Assembly (NCBI GenBank): GCA_964016885.1
Contig: OZ024743.1
Location: forward strand, 220,410,001 to 220,474,000
From: Eledone cirrhosa
Taxonomy: Eukaryota
Direction of reading: 5' to 3'
DNA: 64,000 bases
Shown here: piece by piece, positions 54,110-64,000 of the stretch
Position numbering within the stretch: position 1 is the first letter of the stretch
Layout of the letters: each line of letters begins with the position of its first letter
Notes under the pieces: generated by a model
The model's input: only the letters and a program-made list of their open reading frames with translations
The model's database searches: none
What the model was told of the DNA's origin: nothing
Program-made: the position numbers and the translations under genes

Positions 54110-54318
54110 GATGACGCATTATGTTCGCTTTTTTCCGTTCGTTGCCAGGGAACGTCTTTACGAACCAAAGTATCGTCTTCCTGTTTTCCTTCGGTTGCAA
54201 CGTTTTTTTAAATATTTACTTCTGCGTTCACAGATTGATTTTTTTAGTTTCAGAAGATCCCGTTAAGGGTGAAAGCAGCGATTCTTTTCTTAAACTTTAA
54301 TCCGTTATTTTAATATAT
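54110..54318 (+). mobile_element. Solo pseudo-LTR fragment of the 48-51 kb PLE, with hammerhead-like motif at 54,246-54,296
   Basis: Reverse complement of ~48,315-48,518 (CGAACCAAAGTATCGTCTTCCTGT..GTTGCAAC..CAGAAGATCCCGTTAAGGGTGAAAGCAGCG). Confidence 0.82.
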
Positions 54319-54899
54319 AATATAAGCGAGGCAAGCCAGCCCAGTTGCCACTTCTTGCCAATAAACATTAACGTTTTGTGCGGCATTCATCTAACTGTAG
54401 ACAAACAAATATCAACTAAACGGAGCGTTGACAAGAACGATGGCGAATGAATCTTCGAGGTAAGCAGTTTCTTCCCGAGCTGTTAGTTCACGCGGGATTC
54501 TCTGCTACATCTTTTCGTAATAATACCGAACAACGTACTGCTGGTCACTCCTTCCTCCAAAAGCCGTACAAAGCGGACATGTGCATCGGGCAGATGGATC
54601 TGGTGCAAATCTACACCAGGCCTACGCGAGAAATTCGCAAGGAACTGCACCGACAGGGATAGAGAGAAAGAGTAACTTAGTGGAAAGTGTGCGAATGAAC
54701 TTTTGAGGAAACAGAGGAGTATGAAAAGAAGGGGTTCAACAATATTTCTATGAACAATGCACGTAGACAGCTAAACTGTTCTTTCAACTTCTTAATTTTC
54801 TCCAAATAAAACAAGTTTCCTGTCGGTATATTTTCGTGAGTTTTTAACAGGCACTCACAAATAAACGTTTCTCAATGGAGGTACTATTACCAATGTTCT

Positions 54900-54929
54900 T
54901 ACCCGTGCAACGCCGGGATACACTGCTAG
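54900..54929 (+). mobile_element. Helitron-type 3' terminus (GC hairpin + CTAG)
   Basis: CCCGTGCAACGCCGGG hairpin ~9 nt upstream of CTAG; 5' extent of the element not determined. Confidence 0.5.
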
Positions 54930-55789
54930 CATCAAATAAAATCGTAATTGACAATATTCACAGAAATTGAAGAGAGCCTGTGTTACACTCTCTTTTGTAA
55001 TCAGTAAAGTAATCCATGATACATTTAAAAAAGACGATATTATATATAAACTGCATTATGGTGAAATGTAATGAAACCTTATATAACGATGCAAATATAT
55101 GGATGTTTATATAAACAATGTAATAAGTGTTATTATATAACGGAAGTTAACCGGAAGTGTAGACATTTAAAAATTTTAAAAGTAAATCTTAAAATAAGCA
55201 ATCATTATATATAATAATATTTTTGTTTAATCAACAGCTATGAAATTTAGTAGATAAATTATGTAATATTCATTCATTATTTATTCAAAGTAATCTAACC
55301 TATTTTACTAACGGGATAAAATATATTCGGGACGCAGTCCCGCACTCCTCCCTTTATTATATTATGATTACATTAATAGACAAATCCAGTTGATTCTCCT
55401 TTGGAGAATGCTTACTGTTCAGAATATGGAAAATAATTCAAGAAGTTGAAATCGAGTATTGTGATTGATGAAAGAATGAAATAAAAAAATAATAATAAAT
55501 AAAACTCAATGGTGAAATTATGAAATGAATTATAGTAAAAAAAAGTCCTTGTTGCTCAAATATAAATAATGTATATAACTATTTAAATGAAAAAATACTT
55601 ATATTAAATTAATTTAACAATAACTTCGCTTCAGAATACTATATAAAACGACATATAATATTGATAATATTGATAAAATCAGTAGCGAGTATAATGTTTT
55701 ATTTTAAATCGTTCACTTAATTATTGTTTTGTTTTTTTTTCAGTTTTGGTTTTACTTTTGGTTTCAATTTTTTTTGTTTTTGTTTTTTT

Positions 55790-58276
55790 TTATATATAAA
55801 GAACTTTAACATAAACAATGTTTTTAACTTTTTCATCTTTTGTGTAATAATAAAGATTATTTGGATCTCCCAATCTTGAAAGTGATACATATAGTTGTCC
55901 ATGAGAAAATACTTCATTTTTAAGATTGATACCAACGTTTTTAAATGTTTGACCTTGTGATTTATTTATTGTCATAGCAAAAGATAGTTTAACTGGAAAT
56001 TGTAATCTTGTAAACCTCACTGGCTCCTCTGCAAGTAATTTAATTCTTGGTAATAATACTAATTCTTGGTACTAATACTAATTCATTTTTGTACTTTCCG
56101 TTCAGTATTTTTGCTTATTTGTAAGGGATTCCACTATTAACCTCGTACCGTTGTATAATTTTGGTGTTTGTAAATTTCTCAAAAGAATAATTGGAGCTCC
56201 TTTCTTCAAATTCAATTCATGTGGTGGAAATCCCGATAATTCTAATGGATTTAAGAACTCAACCGAAAAATCTACTGCTTCATTTGTACCCACTACTTGA
56301 TCTATGTTCTTAATCTATGTTCTTCTACTTTGTTCAGTAGTCGCATATTAATAGCATCAACATTATCATTTTTAGCAGCTAAAATTATTCTGCCTGACAA
56401 CCATTCTGTATTAGAGTTATTAATTGCAATGTCCTCGAAAATAAATGTTTCTAAATTAATTTCATTCTCAACTCTATTTCCCACAGGTAATGTCATGTGA
56501 TTGTCATCATTTGGGATCCTATTTTCTTCTATTTCTAATAGTTTACTTGCAAAGTTCTGTATGTCATTATTTTTTAGGATATGCACTCTCATATTAATTC
56601 TTAATGACAATTTGTGGAATAATAACCATAAATAGGATGCCTTGATAGATGCATCTATTTCATCAGCTTATGTACCTCTTGGTACTACTGGAAGTAAGTA
56701 TTTGTCTAAAATCACCAGCTAGTAAAACAGTAACACTACCAAAAGGTAAATTATTCTGTTTAATCTCTTTCAATGTTTTATCAACAGCCTCTAAAATCTT
56801 TTTGTGTGACATTGTAACTTCATCCCATACTAATAAATTACAATTTTCTAATATTATCCAAATTCGACTATTTTTCTAATTGATGTTGTGAATTCATCAA
56901 ATATTGATGATGAAAATTAAACAAGAATGTACTGTTTTTCCATTATCTATTCACGAAGAAGCAAAGGCTATACTAATATAACCATTCATTTTATTGTTTC
57001 CTAGTAAAAGATTGATCAAAAATATGTTTCCAGTTCCAACTGGAGCATCTAAAAAATATAATGTTTGTTCATTTCTATTGGTTATTGAATCATTGATTGT
57101 AGTGTAAATAAGTCTTTGTTCTTCATTCAACAATGGTTCATTCACATCTACAAAGTTTCTTATTTCTAAGTGTTCAATTACTCTTTCAATATTGTTTACT
57201 TCTAGTTCTTCATAAGTTGGTTCAGGTTGTCCTATTTCAATCAAAGCCCTTTGTCCTATTTCATATAAAAGAGCTTTAAGTAAAAGTTCACTGTATAATA
57301 TTTCTTCATAATCTATTTTTTCTTGTTGATTGTTCGTTAATTGATTTAGAATATCAAGTGACATTGGTTGTTTAAATTCTTCATATAATATTACAGGATC
57401 AGAAGGATTGCAATGAATTAGAATTATTGCAAATAAATATCTCACCTGGCATGGCAGTTTGGTAGAAACAGTTTCTCTAAGCTAGTTTTAGATGATTGTC
57501 ATCTTCTAACAATCCCCTTGCCAAACATGCTTCTCTAAATGTATTATAAACAATACCCTCATGTGTTTTTCCGTTTCTGAAAGATTTTGAACCTCTAACT
57601 ACGTTCAGCAATAATCTGAGACAATACCATTCTGTTTGATTAGGTGGTACAGTGTAAATTCTAGAACATGTTTGCACAAATCTACCATTCAATCTTCTTT
57701 TCCATATTTTATTGTAATTAAGGGTATAATGAGATGGAATGTCCTTATATAAGAAACTTCTTGAATATTCGTCAGTTTCGTTCAATTTGAAGAACGAAAT
57801 TAAAGTTGTATTTTTGGGATTTCTAAGTCTACTTTCAACATTATTGCTGGTGAAGTAGACTTTTTGGCAATTTTCTAAATGTATATCCAATTGTTGAACA
57901 GCTGGGTATCGCATGTGAATATTAAATTGAAGGATTTTCCATGCAGCCTCATTACTATTGAGATAACGTCCTGTTACAAACTTATTGACTTCATTATATT
58001 GGTCATTATTCCGTATATTTAGAACAGTAGCATCGCTACTTTATTAAAGTACTTAATTATATACACTATAGCTTGATCAGAGGAGCAAAGTTCTACATTG
58101 ATGTGGCATTTAAATACTTTCAAAAGTAATGGATTGTAAAGTACAATCCACCTATTGTCAATTGTATATGTTTTTGAGTTTCTTGTTAGTGTTGTTGTTC
58201 TTCCTCCATCTTCTGTTTTTCTCCGTCTATATAAGGGATATCCTGTGACATCTGTCCTGGTTTGATTAATTAAATA
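55790..58276 (-). pseudogene. Helitron Rep/Helicase: end of Rep region and Pif1-family helicase (decayed)
   Basis: GYPLYRRR, IDNRWIV.YNP.LL..F.CHINVE.C, YPAV..L.IHL, YFLDAPVGTG (Walker A-like), [66 protein letters not shown]; many stops and frameshifts. Confidence 0.93.
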
Positions 58277-60042
58277 AATATCTTTAAGTCGTTTGGAAGC
58301 CTCGACAATGCAAATAGGTAAATCTCCGGGTAACAAGGTCCGGTGGTGGAGAGAGAGATGTAAGTGGGTGTACGTTGAGATGCGTGGTGTGTATAAGATG
58401 TGTGAGATGTGTAGAATGAAGGGAAGAGTATAAAGGATAAAAATAAAAATAACAACACAAGAGAGAGTTACCTTGGGAGAGATTTAATAGTCCCTATATA
58501 TTTCGGATTCACATCCATCAACTGGGGGATTTTTTTCCGGGGTGGGGGAAAAGGTTGTCTGTCGGACAAGTCCGGAATGCGTCTTTCGCTGTTTGTTGTT
58601 TTGAATATCTGAGGTATTCGGCAGAGCGCGCGTGCGCGTGAAATGGGGTCGGTCGTACAGAGGTCAGCGGCCGAATGAGGGAGTGGGATGGCGCTAGCTG
58701 TCAGTCCATTCTCTGCCTGTTTGTTAAATGTTACTGGGTGTGTGTGTGCGTGTGTTGTTGTCTCGCTTGAGTGTGTGTGTGTGTGTGTGTGTTGTTGCCT
58801 TGTTCATCTGTATTGGCAGTGTAGTATGTTCGTATGGTGAAATGCTACTGTGTGTGCGTGTGTGTGTGTAGTTGTCTCGTTTGCGTGTGTGTGTGTATGC
58901 GTGTGTTGTGTGTTGTTGCATCGCTTGTTAACTTAAACCAGCCATTTCATTTCGCTTCTCTCTGATCGGTTGTTTATTTGCGGTTGCAGTCGTTTGATAA
59001 AAAGCGCTTCCTTGATACGTAACGTGCCGACGTTTCTTTCAGTCGCTAGAATTGTGACAATGGGCCTTCCGTCTTTGTTTCCGCATTTGTCTATGTGTTT
59101 CCGGAAAGACGAGGCCTGGTTTTAGTGTGTTCCTTGATCCGGATGTGCAAAGGTCGAATTGTGCTACCTATGTAGTATTGGTTGCACCTGTCACATTCTA
59201 TCTTATACACGACGTATGTGCGTAGGCAACAGTTAGCATGGCGTATCGGGCAGTCTCTGAGGGAGCATGCGTCAGTAGATTTTTCGCGTTTCCTGGAGAG
59301 GCCTCTTCGCAGGGAGGGGCCCGAGTGGGCCAGGTGGATGTCGAGGCCCTCCCTCCGTATAGCCTTGCGGATAGCGTTGGTGGTTTTCTCGCCCAGGTGT
59401 GGCATTTTAAGGAAGCACTTGCCTTGGGTGCTTCTCTGTCTCTTGCGTCTGGTGTCTCCTATTCTGTCTGTGATCGAGGTAGGGTACCCGTTCGTCTCCA
59501 GCTCCTCGAGGAATCGCTTGGTATGAGTGACACCACTCGCGGGATCGCTGCATCTGTTTTTGATTCGCGCGATCTCGTTTGTGATGTATCCTCTTTTGGC
59601 ACTGTTAGGGAGGGCGGACTTGTAATGAACGAATAGGTCCCTGCAGGCTGCCTTTCTGTAGAAGTTGCAGTGGATCCCTCCTTGTTCCGTGATGTTGATT
59701 CGGAAGTCGAGGAGGGCAAGTGACCCGTCTTCGTTGGGGTGTTCAACACTGAAGTCAATGTTCTCGTCCGTGTTGTTGAACGTCTCATAGATTCTGTTCG
59801 CCGTGTCTTGGAAAGATGTGAGGATGAGGATATCGTCCACGTATCTTGAGAAAAAGGCTACGGCGTTGGGGTGGCAGGCGTTGAGTGCCTTGCGTTCGAG
59901 GTTGTCCATGTAGGAGATCGCTAGCACACCTGATAGGCTTGATCCCATGGGCAATCCCGAGGTTTGTTGGTATATTTGGTCAAGGAATCCGAAGTAAGTG
60001 TTGTCGACGACGATGGATAGGAGTTGGTGGATGTCAGTGGTG
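58277..60042 (-). mobile_element. Second Penelope-like element (canonical RT + C-terminal GIY-YIG), 5'-truncated, nested in the Helitron
   Basis: ORF within 59,091-60,042: QQTSGLPMGSSLS, SRYVDDIL, LLDF, FYRK, VVYKIECDRCNQYYIGST.RPL..RIKEH; flanked by duplicated TAAATA (58,271-58,276 and 60,043-60,048). Confidence 0.9.
58492..58528 (-). ncRNA. Degenerate minimal hammerhead-like motif in the second PLE's terminus
   Basis: Sense CCC-CAGUUGA-U-GGAU(GUGA)AUCC-GAAA-UAUAUA-GGG: stems I and II and a palindromic stem III fit; core differs from CUGAUGA at two positions. Confidence 0.45.
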
Positions 60043-60845
60043 TAAATATTTTGGGTAATTTTTCCCACATTTTGCATCATTCATACATGGACATTGCGGA
60101 TTTAATAAACCACATGGACCATGGAGCTTTTGTGTAGTGACAATATTATAAACATCAGGATCATTAATTGGATCAGGAATTTCTGCCGAGATTGATGTAT
60201 CTAATTGATTTAGATAAATTGTTTGCTCTAAACAAAGTAAGATGTGAGCATGTGGTAAGCCTCTTTTCTACCATTCTACTGTATATAGGTAGGCCTTTGT
60301 TTTGCTAAATATTCCATTATCAATCAATATTGTCATCATTTTGTTTAACCTTTGCTTGAAAACTCTTGTAATTATGGCGTCCCTATCTTCGGGATTTTGG
60401 CTTTTATATAGGTTCTCCATGGTCTAATTCCATTTAGGTTTGCAAGTGAATGTTATAAATAAACCAGGCTTACCGTATTCTCTCACATAACATATTGCAT
60501 CTTGAGTTCTTTCCTTCCAATATCTTGGACTTCAACAAAAGTAGAAGGTAAAATTACAGCTCTACCTAATTCTTATGCATTGAATACTCCTTCATTATTT
60601 AGATAATCTTTTAAAAACGAATACTCTTCTACCCTTAGCTTGGTTTGCTGCTGTTTAATGTACAATAAGCGTTCAAACTCAAATTTGGCATATATATCAA
60701 CTAAATACATTTGGAACAATCATTTACATCTTACAATTTGATTGCAAGTATTTCTTAGTTGTAACTGATATACATAATATTGCCTGCATGTAACGTTCTT
60801 ATTTGGGACTGTTTGATTTGTATTTGGGTTGTATAAATCTAAATC
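60043..60845 (-). pseudogene. Helitron Rep (HUH initiator) region, decayed
   Basis: Minus frames: LFQMYLVDIYAKFEFERL, VILPSTF, SPRYW, DAICYVREYGKPGLFITFTC.PKW, ISAEIPDP, HGPCG..CPCM..KCGKNYPK. Confidence 0.88.
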
Positions 60846-61289
60846 CAACAAATAGACATATCTGGTCCGAATGCTTGCAACAGAGTGGTCTCCGATAAAA
60901 CACTATTTCACCAAGTGTTGGTGTTATATCAGGCGTCGGATTAAACTTACCACACATGAGCAGGAACCGCTTCTCCGACGGATATTCATGTAGTTATCGT
61001 CTATCAAATTTCACACATAGTACTTTGGGTGAACCAAAGACTATGGTAGAAGACCATAGTCCAAGACGCCCCACAATGGATCCACGGAGCTGCGAAATAC
61101 TGCTTAATCACTCAATCATTCTTGCTCACAGAAATAATTATGTCCGTCGACTTGCGCAGAAGTATCACATTGTTGCAATCAGACCAGTCCACTCCAGACC
61201 AGACCAGTCCAGTCCAGTCCTTGATCTTTTCCGACCATCATTTTCTCTTTTGTTTACAGTTCATCAATTTACAATTTTCGAGCTTAGTA

Positions 61290-61575
61290 GTAAGGGTGTT
61301 TATCTCAGGATCAGTGAGATCTTCAGCTTGATTCCCGGCAGCCTCTTGTGTCATTGAGCAATACAATTTATTTCACTTTGTTCCAGTCAACTCAGTTGGA
61401 AAATAAATGAGTTGTAGCTGTATAATTCAAACGACCAGCCTTGTCACATTATTATCACACCGAATCTCCCTGAGAACTATGTATCTGTCGACTGCTCAGG
61501 TACTTCTATGTTAATTTCAGGGGCGGGCTGTTCCGTTCATCGAACAACTGGAGTAGTCGTCGTCAGAACCGACAG
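61290..61575 (+). mobile_element. Different SINE family (CORE-like), diverged
   Basis: GTGTCATTGAGCAATACA..TTTATTTCAC..TCCAGTCAACTCAG..AAATGAGT resembles a CORE-type SINE domain downstream of a degenerate B box. Confidence 0.5.
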
Positions 61576-61748
61576 AGAATCAACACACAGACACACACAC
61601 ACACATATGTACACATACTCACACACACAGACACAAACACACATACACACACACATACACACACACATGCACACACAAACACACACACGCACACACACAC
61701 ACGCGCACACACACGCACATACACAAATATAAAAAAAACGGTAACACA

Positions 61749-61791
<43 letters not shown>

Positions 61792-62569
61792 ACACACACA
61801 TACTTTCCTTCTTAACATCGTATAATACACGAGCGTGTTTATATTTCCTTCTGACAGAGAACAGAAATTAGTTGTAGAGTTATAAAAAGAAATTTGTCAT
61901 AATTTCGTCACGTTTAGTTTCCGGATTATTCGTACCTAAGTATGTTAGTTTCCCTCAAGGAGTGCCGGACAATGAGTATTCTACGCCTTATCCGTTTCCG
62001 TTCTTGACATTTTCATATAGAATCCTTCACGTTTACTACTTTTGTATTTCTTGGGCATTGATTTATTGGTTAATACTTGATTTTCGTAGTTACAATTGCC
62101 TTCTTTAATAGTTCTACCACGCTAATGTATATTATTGTTATATTTGAGGAGGGTCATGTTGTTGTAATATTTCCAAAATAATGATAAAACACACCCACTG
62201 TTTGGTTTGGTTTCGCTTCAATATATCTTTATATTTTTATACATAATTTAGCTGGCAATCTATGTTTATCATTGATTGATCAACAGTTAAAAATATAAAT
62301 ATAGATATAATTTCTCATAGTTCTTTCGTCACACATTTTTCTGTGACATCTTCAGCGATTTCCTTCTGTTGTGTTTCTATAACGATTTTTTTAATTTCTA
62401 TTATTATTCTTTTACTCTTTTACTGGTTTCAGTCGTTAGATTACGGCTATGTAAGGGTGACACCTTGATTCAGTAGCTCAGTACTTATCTTTTCAAGGCT
62501 GGTAATTACTTCTATAGATTTCTCATTTTGCGAACTGTTATGTTACAGGACATAAACACATACACACAT

Positions 62570-62762
62570 CAGACCTGCCATCCTCTAAAAACTCAAACAG
62601 GGAGTACCATGAAAAAAAGTGCCCCAAACGGGGCGAAATGGGGCAAAATGGGAAGATTTTACATAATGAAAGCTATACCCATTTTCACAAGAGAAGACAT
62701 CTCTCACCCACCCCAAAGTGGGTGGGAGATCTCCCCGTCGGACGGGGAGAGTTGACAGGTGC
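62570..62762. mobile_element. Small TIR element (MITE-like) inside (CA)n
   Basis: ACCTGCCATCCTCT ... GAGAGTTGACAGGT imperfect inverted termini. Confidence 0.4.
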
Positions 62763-62789
62763 ACACACCCACCCACACACACACACGCG

Positions 62790-62900
62790 CGACAGGCGTC
62801 TTTAGTTTTCATCTACCAAATTCCACTCGCATGGCAGTAGTCAATACGAAGATACAACAGAAGCTACTTGCCCAAGGTACCACGCGACACGAGTGAACTG
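62790..62900 (-). mobile_element. Decayed SINE of another octopus-type family
   Basis: AGTTTTCATCTACCAAATTCCACTC..ACTTGCCCAAGGTACCACGC..TGAAC pattern. Confidence 0.4.
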
Positions 62901-63863
62901 CATATTGTGACTGTCCATTTTTATCATTTTTTTTTCTTCGTATGGATGGCAGAATGGTTAGCGTGCTGAATACTTAGTGATATTTAGCTTTTCCTTCTTC
63001 TGCTGTTGATAAGATAAAATACCTGTAAATTACATGCTATAGCTGTTACCATGAGACGAGGAAGTTATTACTTTAAACATAATGAAATTTCATTCAATTG
63101 AATACATATGAGCAAACAGTTTAGTAGTTCTTAACAGTCATGTCTCTGTACAAGAAACAACTTTTAGATTCATTCCCTCATATACACACATAATATGCAC
63201 CATGCTCGAACACAAAAGAACAAAACTTCCACTGTCACTACCCCCGTTTCTCCCCGAGGTCGATATCACCGACTTTCTCATCCACACAAATTGCTGGCCT
63301 TGTACTTAAATTAGGAATCCTTTGTTTTTTTCTTCTTTTTTTCTACTTTCATGAATAATAGTTATTGATGTGAAAGTATTCTTGTAAGATGAACGAAAAC
63401 AGAGGATAGACCGGAAATCTACTTTCGGACATTTGCTAATTATATTTCCTTTATCTCTGGTTACTGAAGTAAACTTATTGCTAGCTATTGACTATCTCCT
63501 AAATAGATCTCCAATGTTTTTCTCAGTATTTTGAAATGTTAACAATGCTTGTATCATTATTTTATTTTAATATATTTTTAAAACGTAGAAATTTCGCAAT
63601 GTTATTTCAAGCCCCTCCCCGACTCTATTTATCACATTCAACGAACACAATCAATTCTTGTTTTAGTTTTAATTCTTTTTTTTTTGGGCAAGAATTGTGA
63701 TGCTCTTTATTTGTTAGATTAGAAAATGTGTTTGTCATTGGTTAGAAAAAAAGACCAAACGTATTGCGTTTATAAAAGCGTTATGTATGTTGTTTAAGTT
63801 GTCGTATCCTCCCAAACAATGCAGCAGTGCGGGTAATATTTTCATTATATTTTTGTCAGCACA

Positions 63864-64000
63864 AGGGCGGTGGATTGGCAGAATCAGTAGAGCGTCAGAC
63901 AACATGCTTAGTGGCATAAAGTTACGGCCCTTTACATTCTGAATTCAAATCCCACCGATGTTAGCTTTGCCCTTCATCCTTTAGAGGTCGATAAAATAAA
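63864..64000 (+). mobile_element. SINE copy truncated by window end
   Basis: GGGCGGTGGATTGGCAGAATCAG head, GAATTCAAATCCC B box, CTTCATCCTT..GGTCGATAAAATAAA core. Confidence 0.85.

Noticed and set aside
60956-61357. 133-aa plus-strand ORF
   Set aside because: No recognisable motif; overlaps a CCAGW repeat and a SINE head.

Overview
Eukaryotic, repeat-dominated DNA, most likely from a coleoid cephalopod (inferred from octopus-type SINEs). Bases 1-24,240 are a 56-bp tandem satellite (~430 copies, running off the left edge) whose monomer matches the reverse-complemented 3' tail of a tRNA-derived SINE dispersed through the window. Next come a CR1-type LINE 3' stub and ~7.5 kb of AAC-type microsatellite interrupted by a decayed CRE-clade RT/RLE retrotransposon. 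The only host-gene signal is the first coding exon of a CYP2-like cytochrome P450 (minus strand, 34,594-34,933), whose downstream intron appears to contain everything to its left. The right half holds many SINEs, MITE-like elements, a Tx1/L1-like stub, a Penelope-like element (PLE) with an inverted pseudo-LTR, and a decayed Helitron with a second PLE nested in its Rep region. Up to three PLE-type termini carry hammerhead-ribozyme-like motifs, one with a non-canonical CAGA core kept in every core-bearing copy. Nearly all long ORFs in the supplied track are microsatellite artefacts. All alignments and folds were done by eye; no searches were run.
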